Positions 53,304 to 64,000 of a stretch of DNA of 64,000 nt are shown piece by piece. The stretch comes from Octopus vulgaris (lineage: Eukaryota). The notes under the pieces are model-generated. The model searched no databases. It had not been told where the DNA came from and saw nothing but the letters and a program-made list of their open reading frames with translations. The translations under genes and the position numbers were made by a program. Numbering within the stretch: position 1 is the first letter of the stretch; each line of letters begins with the position of its first letter. The stretch lies in the NCBI GenBank assembly GCA_951406725.2, contig OX597818.1:56730001-56794000 (forward strand). The letters run 5' to 3'.

Positions 53304-53954
53304 ACACGCACACACACACACATGCACGCACGCACACACACACATGCACACACACACACACACATGCACACACACACACATGCACGCACGCACACACATG
53401 CACACACACACACATGCACACACACACACATGCACGCACGCACACACACACACACACACACATGCACGCACGCACACACATACATGCACGCACACCCACA
53501 CACACATGCACGCACGCACACGCACACACACACACACACATGCACGCACGCACACACGCACATGCACGCACGCACACACACACACATGCACGCACACACA
53601 CACATGCACGCACACACACACATGCACGCACGCACACACACACACACATGCACACACACACACACATGCACACACACACACACATGCACACACGCACACA
53701 CACACACACACATGCACACACACACACACACACACACATGCACGCACACCCACACACACACATGCACGCACACACACACACACATGCACGCACACCCACA
53801 CACACATGCACACACACACACACACACACATGCACGCACACACACACACACACACACATGCACGCACACACACACACATACACATGCACGCACGCACACA
53901 CACACACATGCACGCACACCCACACACACATGCACATGCATGCACGCACACACA
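53304..53954. repeat. (CA)n/CATGCACG compound satellite
   Basis: Direct reading. Confidence 0.97.
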
Positions 53955-54373
53955 TTCTTTTATTCTTTTGCTTGTTTCAGTCGGTTGACTGCGGCCATGC
54001 TGGAGCACCTCCTTGAATGCGTTTCTATTCAAGCGAATCGACCCCAGCCAGGACTTTACCTTCCAAGCCTATAGTAGCCATTCCATCAGTCGTCTTTAGC
54101 TGAACTGCCAGGCTATTGGGGACGCAAACACACCAACACCGGTTGTCAAGCAGTGATGGGGAGGACAAACACATACACATTGACACACACACACACACAC
54201 ATATAGGCGCAGAAGTGGCTGTGTGGTAAGATGCTTGCTTCCCAACCACATGGTTCTGGGTTCAGTCCCACTACATGGCACCTTGGGCAAGTGTCTTCTA
54301 CTATAGCCTCGGGCCAACTAAAACCTTCTGAGGAGATCTGGTAAACGGAAACTGAAAGAAACCCGGTGTGTAT

Positions 54374-54429
<56 letters not shown>

Positions 54430-55344
54430 GTATACATGTGTGTATTTATCCCCGCCACCATTGCTTGACAACCAATGTTGATGTATTTACACTTCCATAA
54501 CTTAGCAGTTTGGCAAAAGAAACCGGTATTCTCTTGGTCTCCTTTGCCTAACTGCTAAGTCATGAGAACATAAACCAATGCCAGTCGTCCTCTAGTAGAT
54601 GGAAGACAAACACACACACAGACACACACACATGTACAGACATACGCACTTAAACACACACATACACTTACAGAGGATGCTGGAAAATTTGGTGTACCCC
54701 TATATCATCATCATCATTACGTTTTAACATCTGTCTTCTAAGCTGGCGTGGTTGGATTGTTTGACATGATCTGACAGGACAGACGGCTTCATCATGCTCC
54801 AATGTTTGCTTTAGCATTGTTTCTACAGCTGGTTACCCTTCCTAATACCAACCTCTTTACAAATTGGTCACAAAAGCACTATCTTTGTTTAAATTTCCTA
54901 TGTTTTGTCAGGTGAATCCCTTACCATGTTAAAAATAAAAATAAATGCGCCCTTTTAAAGCCTAGCCAGGCTCATGGGCCCTGTTTCCCGGTTTCTATGG
55001 CGTATGTGTTCCCCAGCTTGACGGGATGCCAGTCCATCGCAGCGTTACTCATTTTTGCCAGCTGAGTGGACTGGAGCAACGTGAAATGAAGTGTTTTGCT
55101 CAAAAACACAACGCGTTGCCCGGTCCAGGAATCGAAACCACAATCTTACGACCATGGTGCTGACACCCTAACCACTAAGCTACGCGCCTCCATGTTATAA
55201 ATGCACCCTTTTAAAGCCTAGCCAGGCTCATGGGCCCTGTTTCCCGGTTTCTATGGCGTGTGTGTTCAGCAATGACTTACTTGACATCAAACATTTTGAG
55301 GAAGAGATAAAGTGTTTAAGTCAGTCTTGTTCAATTAATGAATT

Positions 55345-55875
55345 ATTACGGATGAGGTGGAGATCTTTGAACGTAGGACCTCATGCAGGCGATGACAAGT
55401 CAGCAAGACGTTTGGCGATATGCTATGCTTGAGAAGATTCATCAAGCTGAGCGAAATTGTGGTTGTAGCCAGTGCCGGTGTCACATAACTGGCACCTGTG
55501 CCAGTGGGACATAAAAGCACCTGTGCTGGTGGTACATATAACACTCTTGGCATGGTTGGCTTTAGGAAGGGCATTTAGCTGTTGAGACTGTTCCCGGTGT
55601 CACGTAACTGGCACCCATGCCAGAGGGACATAAAAGTACCTGAGCTGGTGGCACATATAACACTCTTGGAATGGTTGGCTTTAGGAAGGGCATCTAACTG
55701 TAGAGACTGTTCCCGGTGTCACATAACTGGCACCTGTGCCAGGGGCACATAAAAGCGTCTGTGTCAGTGGCACATGTTAAGCACCCATTACATTCTTGGA
55801 GTGGTCGGCATTAGGAAGGGCATTTAGCTGTAGAAACCATGCCAGATCAGACTAGAACTTGGTGCAGCTCTCAGG
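55345..55875 (+). mobile_element. SINE family D with internal 119-bp triplication
   Basis: ccggtgtcac at 55475, 55594, 55713, each unit ending in ttaggaagggcat..agctg. Confidence 0.85.
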
Positions 55876-56199
55876 CAGAGTGTGACAAGGCTGGCCCTTT
55901 GAATTACTGGTACTACTCATTTTTGTCAGCCGAGTGGACTGGAGCAATGTGAAATAAAGTGTCTTGGTCAAGGACACAAAGCGTCACCAGGAATTGAACT
56001 CACGACCTTACAGTCATGAGCTGAATGCCCTAACCACTAAGCCACATGCTTTCACTATTATATGTATATAATGCACTATATATATTGCTTTATATGATAC
56101 ATATAACTTTGATAGGTTTCGGCCAGCGTAGGCCAAGGCCATAATGCCAAAACACTAATGCAGCTTGCGATATTTTATTTTATTTAAAAAAAATTTTTT

Positions 56200-56958
56200 G
56201 ACTCATTTCAGTAATTTGACTGCGGTCATGCTGGAGCACTGCCTTTAGTCGAACAAACTGACCCCAGGACTTATTCTTTGTAAGCCTAGTACTTATGCTA
56301 TCAGTCCCTTTTGCCAAATTGCTAAGTTACGAGGACGTTAAACACACCAACATTGGTTGTCAAGCGATAGTGGGAGGACAAACACAGACACAAACACACA
56401 ACTATATATATATATATAGATAGGTACAATAAATTCAGGTTGAATACTTGATAAATGTAAGCACCTGTATATGCCAGCTAGTAGCATAGGTGAGAGGATA
56501 TATGCATCAAATTAAATAAAATGAAAAACAGGACACAAAGGATGACGCGGTACACATGTTTCAAGCTTTATAGAACAACTTATTCTTACATCAATGTATA
56601 ATCGACATAACAGATAGTTTAAAAGCCCTCTTCAGCTGCATACAATTGCTACACCAAACACTTGTATCACATTATGAAAGGTTTGAGAAAGAACATTTGG
56701 TATTATTTATAATGGTAGGTAATCTGAGTATCACTGGGAAAGTATGTTTGTAAATCTTCATAATCAAATAGGCGTACAGATATATATATATATACACACA
56801 CAACAGGCTTCTTTCAGTTTTTGTCTACCAAATCCACTCACAGGCTTTGGTCGGCCCAGGGCTATAGTAGAAGACACTTGCCCAAAGTGCCATGCAGTGG
56901 GACTGAGCCTGGAACCATGTGGTTGGGAAGCAAGCTTCTTACGACACAGCCACTCCTA
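56200..56958 (-). mobile_element. SINE family A carrying a ~360-bp hammerhead element (56421-56779) in its (TA)n
   Basis: SINE halves 56200-56400 and 56800-56958 flank the insert. Confidence 0.85.
56545..56641 (-). ncRNA. Type I hammerhead ribozyme (slightly decayed)
   Basis: Minus strand: ATGCAG-CTGAAGA-GGGCTTT..AAAGCTT-GAAA-CATGTG-TA-CCGCGT. GUA triplet; one A.C mismatch in stem I; two G.U pairs at the base of stem II. Confidence 0.72.
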
Positions 56959-57147
56959 CACTGATAGTCAATAAAATAGGAATAAAATTCTAAAATTTAT
57001 TCATTTTGTGTGGCCCAGTTCTAAATGATTTGTGACCTGGTGGTTGGGGCCTGTGATGTGCAGAGGGGTCACTTGCATGCAACGGTAACAGCTGGTCTCC
57101 CATTAAAAAGTAATTTAAAAAAAAACATTTTGTTCACGTCTGCACAG

Positions 57148-57212
57148 CGTGCAGTAACTTTCTAGACTTCAAAGCACTGTGCAGCACGCTGTCCCAGGGA
57201 GGGGCAATGCAG
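57148..57212 (+). CDS. Candidate 65-nt exon (A)CSNFLDFKALCSTLSQGGAMQ
   Basis: Acceptor ttttgttcacgtctgcacAG, donor CAG|GTGTGA; phase-1 join to 47209 completes CxxCxxxxHxxC. Confidence 0.45.
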
Positions 57213-57291
57213 GTGTGATAGTCACTCTCTCTCTTTCTCTCTTTCCATCTGTAAGTGTGTACCTTTGTGTGCACATGCATGCATGTGTGTA

Positions 57292-57355
<64 letters not shown>

Positions 57356-58489
57356 TCTGGTCCCGAAAAGTAATGTTACCCACAAAAGTCATTGCCAAAA
57401 CAGGGTCAGTGTCCAGGCATCAATGCCAAATGACTACAGCATCCAGTCAACCATGTCCAATTATCTCATTACGAATATTTGCTTAGCTTTCTGGTTCACT
57501 GTTATAGAAGAAGAAACTTGCCCAAGGTACAGCTGTCCAATGATTGGTCATGTGAAGCTGAATAACAGTTTCTTATTTCTTTATTACCCACAAGGGGGGA
57601 CAAACAAGGACAGCCAAAGCTACTTACCACACAGCTACTCCTATGCCTATGTATGTATAGTCTTTTATGTTTTAAACTATTTAAATTCTTCCTTTGAAAA
57701 AGCTGCTGGTTTCTAATAAAGATAGAAAGCTCAATTGTTGGAATGTATGTATGTCACATTTTAAACTTGAGAAAAGTCTTGCATATTTTGACTGTTCCAC
57801 TTACAGACTGTATTTGTAATGTGTGAGTTTGTTGATTTGTCTGTCTGTCTGTCTGTCTGTCTGTATGTATGTAAATACATGTGTGTATGTGTATGTATGT
57901 GTGTATGTATGTGTGTGCATGTATCAGTATGTATGTGTGTGTATGTGTGTATGTATGTATGTATGTATGTATGTATGTGTGTATGTATGTAAGTACATAT
58001 GTATGCATGTATACATGCCTGAATGCATATCTGTAGGTATGTGTGTATATGGTGTGTATGTATGTATGTATGTATGTATGTATGTATGTATGCATGCATG
58101 TATGTGTGTGTGTATATGGTATGTATGCATGTATGTATGTATGTATGTATGTATGTATGTATGTATGTATGTATGTATGTATGTGTGTATGTATGTGTGT
58201 GTCTTCTGATTAGGCATTCTCTCCCTCTCCTCTCTCTCTCTCTCTCTCTCTCACTGTATATTCTACTCCTCCCCTTACCCCCTCTTCCTGTCAATTGTCT
58301 CTCAATCATTCTATTTTCCACCCTCCACCCTAAAACCTCTCCCTCTCCCTTTACCTCCGTGTGCCTCCCCCCCTCTCACTCGCCCCCTCCATCTATTCCC
58401 TCATAAAACATCCAACAAATCAGACATATTATACAATGCTTCACAGATGCAGATGAATGCCCCAGTTTGAGGAGCTGTGCCTCAGATGA

Positions 58490-59985
58490 TGACGATGATG
58501 ATGTTGGTGGTGGTGGTGGTGGCGGTTGTTGAGGGGTTTGCAAGCTGCAGTACTGTATGTGGTGGCAGTGAAGATGGCTTCGGTGGTAGTAGTAGTAGTA
58601 GTGGTGGTGGTGGTGGTAATAGTGTTAATGGTTGAGATGGTGGTAGTGGTTGATTTTAGTGAAAGTGGTGATGGTGATGGTGGCAGTTGTACTGGTGGTG
58701 GTGAATGTGGTGGTGATGGTGGTGGTGGCGATGATGGTGGCAGTGATAGTGGTGATGATGATGGTGGTAGTAGTAGTAGTAGTGGTGGTGGTGGTGGTGA
58801 TAGTGGTCATGATGATGGTGGTAGTAGTGGTGGTGGTGACGGTGGTGGTGATAGTGGTGATGAGGATGATGGTGGTGGCGGTGATTGTGGTAGTAGTGGT
58901 GGTGGTGATGATGGTAGTGGTGGTAGTGGTGATAGTAGAGGTTGTGGTGGAGGTGATGGTGATGATGGTAGAGGTAGTGGTGGTCACGGTGGTAGCGATG
59001 ATGGTAGAGACAGTGGTGGTGGTATATGCTTTAATAGTGTAAGTGATAAGGTCGTGGTAGTAAAGATAGTTTTTGGTGGTATGCTGTAGTAGCTGCAGTG
59101 GTAGTGTATGAAGGAGTGACTCTAGGGTCAGGTATGAAAACGGGTGGGTGGGTGGGAGCGTGGCGTGTGTAGGGGGTGGGCAGGAGGTAAGATGGAACAC
59201 CAGGGGTGGTGAGTGCTTTCTATTGTCATTCTGAAACAATTCCATAAAGATGATAGTATTGACATAGTTGTCGTGGTGGTAGTGGCTGCTGTGGTAGCGG
59301 TGGTGGTAGTGGTGGTGGTGGTGCTGGGGATTACCAGGGTTGTAGAAGTGGCCTGAACTGGTTCCTATTGTTGTTGGATTAACGGCTGGAGGTTTAATCT
59401 TGACCAATGCATGACCAGTAGAGGGGCAGTGGTCAAACTTGCGATGGTAGAGGTGGTGGTGGTATTTGGGGGGGATTTTGGAGGTTGTGATGGCAGTAGT
59501 AAAGGTGGTGTAGTGGTTGTAGTGGTGCTAGTGGTAGGTGTTGCAGTAGTAGTAGTTGTGTTAGTGATGGTTATAGTAGTAATAATGATAGTGGTTGTGA
59601 TAGTAGTAGTAGTAGTAGTAGTAGTGGTTGATGTAGTAATAATGGTATTGGTGATGGTTGAGGTAGTAGTAGTGGTGGTAGTGGTGGTGGTTAAGGTGGT
59701 AGTAGTGATGGTAATAGTAGTGATAGAGGCAGTAATTGTAGTAGTAGTGGTGGTGGTTGAGGTTGTAGTAGTAGTAGTGATGGTCGAGTTGTAGCAGTAG
59801 TTTTAGTAGTGGTAGTAGTAGTAGTAGTGGTGGTGGTGGTTGCGGTGGTAGTAGTAATGGTAGTAGTTATGGTAATAGTAGTGATAGAGGTAGTAGTAGT
59901 AGTAGTGGTGGTGGTGGTGGTGGTTGCGGTGGTAGTAGTAATGGTGGTAGTAGTTATGGTAATAGTAGTGATAGAGGTAGTAATT

Positions 59986-60023
<38 letters not shown>

Positions 60024-60108
60024 GGTGGTGGTGGTTGCGGTGGTAGTAGTAATGGTAGTAGTTATGGTAATAGTAGTGATAGAGGTAGTAATTGTAGTAG
60101 TAGCAGTG

Positions 60109-60140
<32 letters not shown>

Positions 60141-60285
60141 GATGGTCGAGGTGGTAGTAGTAGCAGTAATAGTAGTGGTAGTAGTAGTAGTAGTGGTAGT
60201 AGTAGTGGCAGTAGTGGTAATGGTGGTGGTTGAGGTAGTAGTAGTAGTAGTAGTAGTGATGGTTGTGGTTGAGGTAATAGTAGAC
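58490..60285. repeat. ~1.8-kb degenerate (GGT/AGT/GAT)n low-complexity region
   Basis: Explains the poly-Val/Gly/Thr ORFs; longer sub-units (ggtaatagtagtgatagagg) recur at 59710-60090. Confidence 0.92.
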
Positions 60286-60753
60286 ATGCTCAGGTCAGGT
60301 CGTTCTGGATGCTTTTGACAAAAAAAAACAACAAAAAACAAAAACAAAACAAACAGAAACAACAACAAAAACAAACATCAAAGGAGCAATTCTTTGTAAA
60401 TGACAAATATATTGAGATATGAATGGTATGGTGGTGGTGGTAGTGGTGGTGGTGGTGGTGGTGGTGGCGGTGGGAAGAGGTAAGGGAATAGGGGGGAGGG
60501 TGGATTGAGAAGGGGAGTGGTAAAGGAAAGAAAAGGAGAGAATTGAATAAAACGGAGGGTGGGGGTTGGGGTGGGGTGGGGGGTCCGGTGGTGATGGTGG
60601 TGATGGTGGAGGGGGGGGGTGGTGGTGGTGGTGGTGGTGGTGGTGGTGGTGGTGGTGGCGGCGGAGAAAAACAATAGAAGAAATACCATTGAAAACGACA
60701 ACAACAGCATCAACAATAACTTCAACAACTGTTAATTGTATCAATAAGGGAAA

Positions 60754-60791
<38 letters not shown>

Positions 60792-60914
60792 CCACACACA
60801 TATATACAGACACAGACACACCCTATATACATACATGAGTTTGCAGTCATTTACACGCTCTCCCCCCCCGCATGCACACATACACACACACAGATTTGCA
60901 TAGTCACTTATTTA

Positions 60915-60961
<47 letters not shown>

Positions 60962-62014
60962 AGACACACAGCCATTTATACGACTGTGTTCCCCTAATTT
61001 TGTTACTCAGCTATTTCCATGCACAGGGGTTCTTTTGTCTCTTATTTGTTTCAGTAATACGACTGTGTTCATGCTGGGGCGCCACTTTGGAAGGTCTTTA
61101 GTCAAGCAAATCAACTTCAGTACTAATTAAAAAAATTTTTTTATCCCTTGTACTTGTTCTTATGGTTTCTTTTGCCAAACTGCTAAATTACTGGGATGTA
61201 AACAAACCAAGACCGGCTATCAGACTGGTGGTGAGGAAAGAGCCACTCTTTTACTCTTTTACTTGTTTCAGTCATTTGACTGCGGCCATGCTGGAGCACC
61301 GCCTTTTAGTCGAGCAAATCAACCCCAGGACTTATTCTTTGTAAGCCTAGCACTTATTCTATCGGTCTCTTCAGCCAAACTGCTAAGTTACGGGGACGTA
61401 AACACCCCAGCATCAGTTGTCAAGTGATGTTGGGAGGGCAAACACAGACACACAAACACACACACACACACACACATCACACACATGCATATATATACAT
61501 ATATACGATGGGCTTCTTTCAGTTTCCGTCTGCTAAATCCACTCACAAGGCTTTGATCAACCCGGGGCTATAGTAGAAGACACTTGCCTAAGGTGCCACG
61601 CAGTGGGACTGAACCCAGAACAATATGTCCATGTATGTACACAAACATAAGCTAATATATATACATCATCATCATCATCATCATCATTTAGCGTCTGTTT
61701 TCCATGCTAGCATGGGTTGGACGGTTCAACTGGGGTCTGTGAAGCCGGAAGGCTGCATCAGACCCAGTCTGATCTGGCAATGTTTCTACGGCTGGATGCC
61801 CTTCCTAACACCAACCACTCCGTGAGTGTAGTGGGTGCTTTTTACGTGCCACCCGCACAGGTGCCAGACGGAGCTGGCAAACAGCCATGAATGGATGGTG
61901 CTTTTATGTGCCACTGGCATGGGGGCCAGGCGAGGCTGGCAACGGACACGAACGGATGGTGCTTTTACGTGCTTTTACGTAAACTAATATATATACATCT
62001 GAGATTATTCTATA

Positions 62015-62560
62015 CAGTGATTCCAAGGGACTTTGGTCCCTAAATGGCTTTCTAGGCATTGTAGAAGTTCTTGGAGTTGATGCTGTCAACGTACTTCTGT
62101 ATCTCATCCAGGAATCCTGTATCGCATCCTCGTTGTTGAGCCAGGAATCCTTCATCTCTGTGTGTTTAACTGGCATCTTGCTTTTGATGGCATTGTAAGC
62201 TGCTTTCTTGGACAGAGTAAGCGCTTCAAGGATATACTCAAAGCAACCGTGAAGAGCTTTGAGATCAACCCCGACAACTGGGAACCACAAGCGCAAGCCC
62301 ACCCTGCCTGGCAAAGCTGCACCAACAGAGGGGTCACCTCGTGTGAACTGGACAGGATTGCAATGGCTCAGAGAAAATACGAATTACACAAATCCAGAGC
62401 CAGTTCTTCCCCTTCAGTTCCAGTAGACCACAAATGCCCAACCTGGGACAGAGCCTTGTGAGTATGCATCAGACTGATTGGCCCTAGCTGGACACACTGT
62501 GCCCCGGCTTCTTCTCCCATGACAACAATGGATGAACTGATACACAGCGATTGCACCACT
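62015..62560. mobile_element. RTE/BovB-like LINE remnant with inverted 5' segment
   Basis: Minus 62212-62015: SKKAAYNAIKSK..EMKDSWL..DEIQKYVDSINSKNFYNA*KAI*GPK. Plus from 62210: GQSKRFKDILKATVKSFEINPDNWE..HKCPTWDRAL (decayed C-terminal Zn finger). Confidence 0.85.
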
Positions 62561-62731
62561 ACAAGACAGAAAGGGGCCGGAAAGCAGCCATAGACGTCAA
62601 GTACAGGAAAATAGCATTGAAAGCTAGAATTACAATTCCACCACATCGAATAAACGGAAACTAAAACAAAGCCCATTGTACTTATATGCATACACACACA
62701 CACACACACACAGACATATATATGTATATAT

Positions 62732-63030
62732 GGAGGCACAATGGCCCAGTGGTTAGGGCAGCGGACTCGCGGTTGTAGAATCGCTGTTTCGATTCCCAGA
62801 CCAGGCGTTGTGAGTGTTTACTGAGCAAAAACACCTAAAGCTCCATGAGGCTCTGGCAGGGGGGTGGTGGCGATCCCTGCTGTACTCTTTTGCCACAACT
62901 TTCTCTCACTCTTTCTTCTGTTGGCCTGCTCACATAGCCAGCGGGGTGGCGTCATTTGAAGGGTAAAACAATGCGAAGCGCATTGTGACCAGCGATGTGT
63001 AGCAACATCTGATAGTCTGGTCGGTCACGA
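62732..63030 (+). mobile_element. tRNA-derived SINE (GGAGGCACAATGGCCCAG head)
   Basis: A/B boxes tggcccagtgg / gtttcgattcc; tail matches the solo fragment at 20352-20463. Confidence 0.88.
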
Positions 63031-63080
<50 letters not shown>

Positions 63081-63124
63081 TTTCCAGTAAATATCGGTAC
63101 TTCGTTGTGCCATTTATTTGCTTT

Positions 63125-63165
<41 letters not shown>

Positions 63166-63233
63166 CTTTATAATATTTGCAAATGAAATAGGGATAAGAA
63201 TGTGCATTGTCCATTTAATTGGAAAATTCTATA

Positions 63234-63321
63234 TGTGGCTGAAGATTGCTCGACATCTTAAAACTGATGTAATACTTACAGTGTTTAATAAAATGAAGTA
63301 GCATGAAACAATTGTACTACA
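63234..63321 (+). ncRNA. Type I hammerhead ribozyme in a ~190-bp (TA)n-flanked element (63162-63355)
   Basis: Stem I TGTGG/CTACA; CTGAAGA 63239-63245; stem II TGCT/AGCA; GAAA 63305-63308; palindromic stem III ACAATTGT; GUA triplet, predicted cut after 63316. Confidence 0.82.
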
Positions 63322-63470
63322 CTACCTTGGATATCCTTGTTGCTTATTTTGATTATATATACATACATATATATATATATATACACACACACACATATAT
63401 ATACATACATATATGTTTACACACACACACATAATATATATATATATGTTTGTGTGTGTGTGTATATAAA

Positions 63471-63805
63471 CAGTGTGCAATGAATAAATTGTCATCTAAA
63501 TTACGCAAAAATGAAAATAACACTGACATCTCATTTTATCAGATATATTTACCAAAGTTACATAAAAATATCTTGAAATACTAAAGAGTAAATTTATTCA
63601 ATAACATCGCCATTGGCTCAAACCATGGCCTCCGGGTGACTTCAGAATCTCATGCAAGTCTTCTGAATGGTATCGTCTTTTAAGTTGGTGAATGCTGCCA
63701 TAATCCTTGCCTTCAGTTCATCTTTGGTATTACAAGGGGTTTTGTTGGTCTCTTGCTCAACTGTACTCCACATATAATAATCAAGGGGTTGCAGTCTGGG
63801 GAGTT
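63471..63805 (-). mobile_element. Tc1/mariner (DDxD-type) transposon 3' remnant
   Basis: Minus strand SPDCNPLD..MWSTVEQETNKTPCNTKDELKARIMAAF..ANGDVIE*, with frameshifts; terminal cagtgtgcaatgaataa. Confidence 0.85.
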
Positions 63806-63878
63806 TTCAAAGAATATATAAATATATATACATATATATACATATGCATGTGTACGTATATATATATATATATATATA

Positions 63879-64000
63879 CTTTAATTAAAGCAGCAGAAAA
63901 TTCAACAAAACCTGTTACTCTGAGTTTCCCGTTGCCGTTCATCGGACAGTTTTTGCTAGTCTATTCTAACAAAAACTGTCCGATGAACAGCAACGGGAAA
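63879..64000. repeat. Foldback element running off the window end
   Basis: Arms 63925-63959 and 63966-64000; same family as 41581-41731. Confidence 0.85.

Noticed and set aside
62732-62800. tRNA gene
   Set aside because: A/B boxes continue into a SINE body present in several decayed copies; no complete acceptor stem.

Overview
Eukaryotic, AT-rich, extremely repeat-dense sequence that reads as intronic or intergenic. The SINE families and microsatellite load point to a coleoid cephalopod, most likely Octopus (recognised from memory, not searched). Nearly all ORF-track entries are translations of microsatellites or SINEs. Supported content: (1) four tRNA-derived SINE families with CORE-, Nin/Deu-, V- and Meta-like central domains, some in head-less tandem arrays; (2) decayed CR1- and RTE-clade LINE fragments, one with an inverted 5' piece; (3) three non-autonomous Helitrons, piggyBac-type MITE arrays, hAT-type MITEs, a Tc1/mariner remnant and a 9-bp-TSD element full of TTAGGG-like repeats; (4) many long foldbacks; (5) a few candidate short + strand exons, two of which splice into a CxxCxxxxHxxC motif. 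The most striking signal is a set of mutually unrelated short AT-rich elements inserted in (TA)n tracts that carry type I hammerhead ribozymes. Three are near-canonical (19575-19687 +, 56545-56641 -, 63234-63321 +) and several are degenerate; one element has an 87-bp terminal redundancy. This resembles a non-autonomous Penelope-like/retrozyme-like system. No rRNA, true tRNA, CRISPR array or intact long CDS was found. All coordinates were read by eye.
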